From Neocallimastix sp. 'constans' (lineage: Eukaryota): a stretch of DNA of 64,000 nucleotides. Location: contig JBODTK010000135.1 in NCBI GenBank assembly GCA_050613775.1, positions 62,001 through 126,000 of the forward strand, in the 5' to 3' direction. The position numbers and the translations under genes are program-made. Shown here one piece after another: positions 55,473 to 64,000 of the stretch. The first letter of the stretch is position 1. Every line of letters starts with the position of its first letter. The notes under the pieces are model-generated. The model saw only the letters and a program-made list of their open reading frames with translations. It made no database searches and had not been told where the DNA came from.

Positions 55473-57813
55473 TACATAAATTACTACAAATATTAATTAT
55501 TAAAATATAATTGATAAAACCCTATACTTTTATTATACTTCCCAAGATCTTTTAATTTGACAATAAAGTATGATCGAATTAATAGATCTTACTTTTATGT
55601 TTTTTTTGGTAACATTTTTTCTTTTTAGAAATACTTTTTTAAAATAAAACATTATTATTTTCTTTATAAATGTATAAAAATGTTTCGAAGAATAATGTAA
55701 CATAAATTTAAATAAATGAATAATAAAAGCAATAATAAATAATTTTTTTTTAAAGTAGTGTTTAGTGTTAAAAAATTACATTTTATTATTTTATATTAAA
55801 TTTGAATGTTTTTATTTATAATATTTTGCAATCATTTTTTTTTTAAAGTCTGTCAATTATAAAATGAAAAATTATTAACTTAATAAATATATGGAAATTG
55901 CCACATTATTTTATAGTAAAATATTTATCTCATCGTAGCTTTTATATTTAAAAAAAAAAGATGTTCTGTTATATGTTATATTTATTATTATCAATATCAT
56001 TATTATTCACCAAATAGTATATAAATCATACGTTATTTTATTTATTTATTTATTGTTTTTTTTTAGAATATGAAATACACTTAATGATAATTAAAAATGA
56101 TAGTTAAAAAAATTTATAACATTATTTTCAAATATGAATATATATTGAATTACTAATTATGGGAACTTTTATTATTAGATAATATTAAATAATATTTGAT
56201 GATTATTCTTTTCTATAATATTCCTTTTATTGTTTATAATATTTATGTATATATATTTATATATATATATTTTTTTTTTAATTATTATACTTTCTTATTA
56301 AAATGATTTATTAATTACTAATTATATTGAAGTTGAAAGATTTTATTATTTGTTAATTTATTATTAATTATTTCAAAGATTATAATTACTTATTGGTATA
56401 TACTCCTTTTTTTTTTTTTTAATTAATATTTATTGTTTATTATTTATTATTTACTATTTATTATTTATTATTTATTATTTTTTATTTATTATTTATTATT
56501 TATTATTTATTATTTATTATTCAATTATTTATTATTTATTATTTATATATTACTATAATAAAAAAGAGTATACTTCTATTACAATAATGTAAACTTTTTT
56601 TATATAAAAGTCGTGACAACAAATTATAAAGTTATAAAAAAAAAGCAGAAAAATAAAAAGTTTCTTAAAATTTCTACACAATTTTTATAAAAATTAAAAA
56701 TATATATTTATTATATTTATAATATATACATTCTATTTTATATAATATATAAATATATATTTATACATATATTAATCCTTTTTTTAATATATTAATTCCA
56801 TAGTTCTAATGATAAAACTTTTTATAATCTTATTGGACTGATGAAAGGTTAAAATAATATTAAATGGATGATAAATTTTTTCAATTATATTAGATTTGTA
56901 TTTCAAATAAATCTCTAATATTTAAACTAAATATATTAAAGTGTATTTTAATCTATAAACAAAATGAAATTTAATTCTATGTATAAAAAAAGTAATAATT
57001 AATTTTTTGTATATTTATTAAAATATAAATTTTTTGATGTATATTGTAATGTAAAATAATAAATTAAAAATTAAAAATTAAAATAGTATTTTTTTTTTTT
57101 TTTTATATTTTAATAAATAAAACATGGATATTATTATAATATATTGTATTTACATAATATATTATTTACATAAACTTACAAAATTTATTATATATTGAAA
57201 TATAGTAATAATAATTAAACTATTTTTGTACATAACAAAATTAAAATGATTATATAAAAAAAAGGATAATGAAAGAAATGAATAGTTATTAGACATTTAT
57301 ATAAATAATTGTAAATAATAAAAAGTAGATCATAATAAATCGTAATTATTAATAATAAATAATAAATAATAAATTAATTAAAATTTTAATATATGTTTAT
57401 TATTTCTAATATTTTATTTTGATTTATTATTTATTATTCGTTATTTATTGATAATTAACTTAAAATTTAATTACAAAACTATAAAAAATCATAAAGGTTT
57501 TATTAATTACTAATACTTAAATATAATATTATATTTACTATTCTTTTTATTTATTTAGCTATTCGTAATAAATCTTAATTATTATAAATTAATATATTAG
57601 ATTTTATTAATTTTTTTACTATTAACAAAAAAAAAAAAGTTTGTTTTTTATTTTAATTGTAAAATAAATAATTTAATAATAAAATTTATTAATAAATATT
57701 AATAATAAATCTTTATAAATTCAATAAATTATTAATAATAAATAAATAAATAAATAAATAAATATATTATCAATAATAATTATAAAATTTTTGATTTTTT
57801 TATAATTTTTTAT

Positions 57814-57868
<55 letters not shown>

Positions 57869-59398
57869 GCTATTATTATTTATTATTTTTTTTAAAAAAA
57901 GGAGTAATCTTAATTTTTACGAAAAACTTAATCAAAACATCCTTTTTTAATAAAAATAATTTTTTAAACAAATATTTTGTAAGGATAAAAAAGAAAAATT
58001 ATATTTTATAGAATATATTGGAACAAAAAGTAGAAAAAATATATTATCAATAAAACAGATTAAATATAATAATCTTAATATTTAGTTCAATATTTTTTGT
58101 ATATAAAAAAAAAAAATTAATATTAATTATAGTAAAATAATGATTAGTTTTAATACTATTTATAATATCTGAAATAGTGATATACAAATAAAAGGACAAT
58201 ATTGATATATAAAGCTCTCTAACTTCTTTAATTGTTGGAGTACAAAATAAATATAAATGTATTGTACATGTCTTTTATACAGTACTAGATTTATTTTAAG
58301 CACTTAATATATCAGTGTCATATTTTTATAACTAAAAGGGTTATTTAAGTATAGATAGATAATTAAATATAATATTTATTTTTTATATTTATTATTATTA
58401 TTTTTTGTTCTTTGGCCTTTATTAAATAAAAAAATTTCATCTTTTTTTTCGATACCAAGAAAAAACTAAAAAACTTGTATTTTGTCATAAAAATAATAAT
58501 AATAATAATAAATATAAAAATAATAAAGATATTAAATATACGATTATTCTTTCTATATGAAAATAATTAATACAATTCCAGTTGTATTAAGAATAATAAA
58601 TATAAATATTTATTATCAGCATTATTAAATAAAAAAAAATAAAACAAAACTAACCAAATATATATATTTATATTATTATATACATATACATATTATTTTA
58701 TCTATATTATATCTATATTATTTTATTATATATATATATTTATTTTTTTTTCTATTAACATTTTAGAATAATAATGAAAAAGTTTTAAGAATATATATAT
58801 TTAAATTTAATTATATTTTGTTAAAAATAAATAAAATCATAATACATTAAAGAGAGAAAATATCAATAATAAACAACAAAAAGTTTTTTTTTAATAGAAG
58901 ATTTAAAAGGATTATATAATATCTAACTATCAACAAATAATATATATATACTTTCAATAGAGAATTAATTCTTTTTTTTTATTTTGTATTAATTTTATTA
59001 ATTATTTTATCATATTATATTAAAGTTAAACAAAACAAAATTAGAAAAAAAAAATAAAAAAAGAGAAATAAAGATTTATTAATAGAATATTATTTTAATA
59101 GACGATTTTATGTTAGAATATCAACAAAAATTTAATAAATATATATGTATATATAATTTGGTAAATAATTAAAAGAAATATTAAAAAATATATAATTTCT
59201 TGGATTATAAATTATTTGGTGATATAAATTTGTTTAACAATATAATAAAATAAAGAGAAAAAGAATAAAAAACGTTCATTACAAATTAAAAATAAAGGAG
59301 CTATTTATATTCAAAAAAAAAAAGAACATTATTTATAAGAAAAGAAAGACATAAATAAAATAAAATTCACAATATAGTTTTAATAATTTGGAAATAGA

Positions 59399-60193
59399 AT
59401 GGTTGCTATTTTTCATTCAAAATCACCAAAATCTATTCCTTGTACAACTAAAAAAGCAAATCTTTTTCAAAAATCACATACTTCAACAAGAACAGAAAAC
59501 AAAAAATTTAATTTAGATTTAGCCTCAACTTCAACCTCATCTTCAGATAGATGTTTATCTGCATCATCAAGTTCATCTTCAAAAATATTTTATTTATCTT
59601 CTAAAAAAAGTTTATCAAATTCGTTAATTCCTAGCTTAAGTTCAATTGATAGTATAAGTAATTATCAACAACAACATTATTATAAACCAGGTATTCATCC
59701 TCTATCAAAAATTCATAAAAGTTCAACTTCATTCGCAAAGGAAACCGCAAATTCTGCGGATAACGAATTAATTTGTACTCCTTTTAATAAGGTAATTGAA
59801 GATAATAATTCTTATCAAGATTCATTAGAATCTGTAAATAATCACAAAAATTCAATAGTTATTCAATCATTTAAGGATACAATTATAGAAAATCCAATTT
59901 CAATTACTCCACCATCTACAACACCAACAACGCCAACTACCCCTACTTCTCCATCATCAAATGATATTGATACACTTGATGAATCACGAACTTCTATAAA
60001 AAATTCAGTAAAGTCAAATAAGTATTTATTAAATTCAAAAAATACGCCAACTTCTCAAACTAATACACCAATAATACATTCGACTTCGAGTCATTATACC
60101 AAAAATAACAATACTGATTATATAGGTTCCATAAATCATCCAAAAATTGATCGTTCTCAAAATTTAAATAATACCATCAATACCAATAATATC

Positions 60194-60238
<45 letters not shown>

Positions 60239-63200
60239 GATAAAATATTAACATCAATTATGCATTCAAAATTATTAAATTCATCTACTTCTATTATAGA
60301 TTCGAGAAAAGATATTAGTAAAGATAATTTTTCTTCAAACGACAGTTTTGATTCTAATTATATAAAAGAGTCTACTTTACCATTATCACATTCTAAACAA
60401 AAGCATTCATTAAAAGCTAAGAGAGATTTATATGATAAACATTATAAGAAAATTGATTCAAATATAGAAAATCGAAAAGACAGAATTTCATTAAAATTTA
60501 AATCCCTTTGTATAAATCTTATAGATGATTTAAAGAAACATGCAGATTCTGGGCCCTTTTTAAATTCTTTAGAAAATGATATTTATTCAGAAATAAATAA
60601 TAATAAAAAAAGTAGTAGTAATAGTTTTATTGAAGAAAGCCATAGCAAATCAAAGGAAAATAATATAAAAAATAAAAAAAATAGTTTATTTTTTGAAAGT
60701 AGTAAGAGCAATCATAAAAATAATAAGATTAATAAAAATAATAATTCAAAATTACATCATGATTTAACAAACGAAAATCTTGATCTTAACATTATTCAAT
60801 GTCAATTAGAAGAAGATAAATATACCAACATTTATAGTATTTTTTATGACTTACAACAACTATTACTTCATTGCTTCAAAAATTATCCCGAAGAGAGTCA
60901 TGTCATTCATCGTATGGGTAAAAATATCGAGAGCTATTTATTAGAAAAGATTATGGATATGCCAGAAGATTTTTTGGATGAACTAAGAGATCAATGTATA
61001 AAAGATTATCAATGTTATCGAAAGTCATTAAAATCTTCCTCATCGTATCCAGTTTTGGCAGAATTTCTTAAAGCTATTGAATTACCGATGCTTTTAGAAG
61101 ATGACTTAAAATTTGAAGAAGAGGATAAGATGATAACTGATGAAAATTCTTATGAAGACTCATTTGAAATTTATTCTTTATCACGCCGTGAAGAACAAAT
61201 TAAGGAATGTAAAAAGAAAGAAAAAGAAAAATTATGTTTTATTCTTGGAAAAAATGAGATTAAAATAAAAAACTTGAAGGGTAAGTCTGCTGAAGGATCT
61301 ATGAAGTCATCATTTGAAACTACCACTTTATCAGCACCTTTCTCTACATCAAATAAAAAGACATTTGTACTATCACTTTCCAAAAAGCGCAAGTATGATC
61401 AACTTGAAAAGAAAGTGGAGATTTCATTGTCTCCCTTTAATGATATTTGTTGGAATGTAGTATTAAAAAAGATACCAAAATCTTATCATTTTGATACCGT
61501 TAGTCATGTTAATAAAAAAATAAGATATTTACATAAAAATAATACCAACACTCCAATAAATTTATATCAAAAACTCTTAACCTATTCTAATTCCAGATCT
61601 AAAAATGGAAAATCTTTTAACCATTCTTCTCCTTCTAGAAATTATATGTCTCGTATAAAAAGAAATTATACCTTCCTTCATATCAAAGATAATTTTTCTT
61701 CTTCAAAAAATTTTATATTTTATATATCATCAGATATTTTAAAAAATTCTCCATGGGCAACGTTCTTTCAACATTTTACAGATAGGTCATTATTAAATCA
61801 AAATAGAAATATAGAAGTTATTAAAGACAATACTATTAAACCCTATGATATTCAAGATTCAATAACCCCAAAAGTTAGTTTACAGTTGACAAACCGCCCG
61901 GTAGATTCAATGAAAGGGGATTCTTTGAAACTAAAATTTGGAAAAGGAGATTCAATAGTTGAAACTCAAGAAAAAAAAGAATTAGATGATATTTTAATGG
62001 CACAACATTCATCTTCTACTACGACTTCGGAGTTTAGTAAAGAAGATTTAGTAGAGAAAGAAGAAATGAAATGCTTGATGAGTTGTGACTTTTTACCTCC
62101 TACCCCACCATCTTCTTCACCACCATCTTCTCCAATGAATATTACTGAAGAAGATGAAGAAATGAAAGAAAACATATCATCTACATTAATAGTTCAAAAT
62201 GAAGATAAAAATGTAAATGTAAGTGAAAATGATAATGAAATTGGTAATGAAATTGAAATTAAAAATGAAAGTAAAAGCGAAAGTAAAAACGAATATGAAA
62301 TAAAAAAAGATCAAATGGATTTAGATTTTAGTGAAAAGGAAAAAGAAGAAGAAGAAAAATTAATGGTCATTAATTATGAAGAAAAGGAAAGAATAAATGA
62401 TGCCGAGGAAAGAAAGATTATTCATGAAATAAAAGGTAAAGAAAAGGAAGTTGAAAATGGGAATGAGATTGAAAATAAAGAAGAAAATAAAAATAAAAAT
62501 GAAAAAGAAGAAGAAAAGAATAAAATATTTTTTAATAAAGAAGGTTTACCAGTTGAATATTTTGGAAATAAAATTCCTCAATTAAATCCAGTGGAATGGA
62601 TGGAAGCAAAAAGGAGTACCAATGCTTTTGCTGAAGCCGCTTTGAATTCTATTAAAAAAGAACAAGAATCATTAACAACATTACTTATTCGTCAACAAAT
62701 ACAAAATATTATCGATACTCAAATGTTAATTGATCATTTAAATATGAATGGTAATAGTAATTCTTTGCCACCAATTCCTTCATATATGTACCCTACTTTA
62801 AATTCATTAGGTATGTCCTTAACAAATATACCCAACCTTACAAATATGAATAATTTAGCGCTTCCTTCTCAATTAATTACCACTATGGACATAGATCATT
62901 TTACGAAAAAAAATGAAATGCAATATGATGTTACAAATGATTTTATTGATTGGGATAAAGTAAATGAAGATAATATTGGTAGTTTGCAAGGTGTATTAAG
63001 TTCTACCGCCAGTCTAGACCCAACCAATTCCTCATTATCTCAAATTTCTTCCACTGATTCTTCATTTTTAAATACAATAAATTCTACAGCTAATCTTAAT
63101 CAACTTAATTATAATAATGATGATTTGATGAACTCATTGAATATGAGTTTGCCTTTAACTTCTACTTCCATATCACAATCGACTGATCTTTCATCATTAT

Positions 63201-64000
63201 CTTCAACCTTAGTATCACCATCGAATGATCTTTCATCATTATCTTCAACCTTAGTATCACCATCGAATGATCTTTCATCATTATCTTCAACTTTAGTATC
63301 ACCATCGAATGATTTTTCATCATTATCTTCTACCTTAGTATCATCATCGAATGATTTTTCATCATCATCATCAACATCATCATCAACATCATCATTATCA
63401 ACATCATCATTATCAACATCATCATTATCAACATCATCATTATCAACATTATCATCAACATCATCATCAACATCATCATCAACGTCATCATCAACATCAT
63501 CGTCTTCAACCTCAACATCACATTTAACTGATCTTTCATCATTATCTTCAACCTCAACATCACAATTGAATGATCTTTCATCAGCTTTATCATCATCATC
63601 TTTATCATCACTTTTGGATAATGCAAATAGTTACAATAGTTTAGGCTTAACTGGTTTAGTATCTGAGGAGTTTAATCCATTAGTAAGTAATACTGCTTTG
63701 ACTACTTCTTCTACTAATTTATCTACATTAGCATCTAAAGCTTTAGATTTAAATTCATCACTTTTATGTTCAACCTCAACAAATTCATTCAACCAATCAG
63801 ATATTGCCTATAATAATTCTATTCCATATTCTTCATCTAAATTATTTGCTAATGCGGCCACAACGTCTTTAATGAATATCAAGGATTTGTCTTTGAATTC
63901 CAATTCATTATCTAAAGGTATATCATTAACAAATTCTTTTTTGGTGAATTCATTGGATGATCCTACTTCAATTCTCCCATTTAATAATATTTCTTCAAAT
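59399..64000 (+). CDS. Large Ser/Asn-rich protein with an atypical bromodomain (>1530 aa, 3' end beyond the window)
   Basis: The ATG at 59399 (MVAIFHSKSPKSIPC..) opens a frame with no stop in any segment I translated, up to the window end. Its absence from the ORF track is consistent with no stop. At ~60500-60960 it reads CINLIDDLKKHADSGPFL..(long insert)..NLDLNIIQCQLEEDKYTNIYSIFYDLQQLLLHCFKNYPEESHVIHRMGKNIESYLLEKIMDMP, the bromodomain helix pattern. Confidence 0.85.
63185..63500 (+). repeat. Coding minisatellite: four 42-bp units (DLSSLSSTLVSPSN) followed by 12-15 bp SSLST/SSST repeats
   Basis: Directly visible in-frame tandem units. Confidence 0.9.

Noticed and set aside
63185..63352. 42-bp repeats as a possible CRISPR array
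   Set aside because: No unique spacers, in-frame coding repeats, eukaryotic context and no cas genes.
61171..63626. Minus-strand ORFs at 61171-61392, 61966-62175 and 63330-63626
   Set aside because: Antisense shadows of the long plus-strand ORF.

Overview
Extremely AT-rich eukaryotic genomic DNA with GT-AG introns, abundant microsatellites and a flagellar CH_2-domain gene. This is most consistent with an anaerobic gut fungus (Neocallimastigomycota); the taxon is my inference. From left to right the window holds: a decayed LINE 3' end; a tandem array of three intact, paralogous two-exon genes for an uncharacterised 7-transmembrane (GPCR-like) family, plus a fourth decayed copy the ORF track largely misses; an intronless orphan secreted protein; a multi-exon TmcB/TmcC-like membrane/TPR gene with no recognisable PAS domain, head-to-head with a SPATA4/SPEF1-type CH_2 gene; an alpha-arrestin ending in PSAP and PPxY motifs; a decayed Ty3/Gypsy-like pol relic; a RasGAP-like pseudogene; several MITE-like and foldback elements, one with a 9-bp TSD; about 10 kb without recognisable genes; and a >1530-codon ORF running off the right edge, absent from the ORF track, containing a non-canonical bromodomain. 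The best candidate for an undescribed system is the 7TM receptor-like array under birth-and-death evolution. All family assignments come from manual motif recognition, not database searches.
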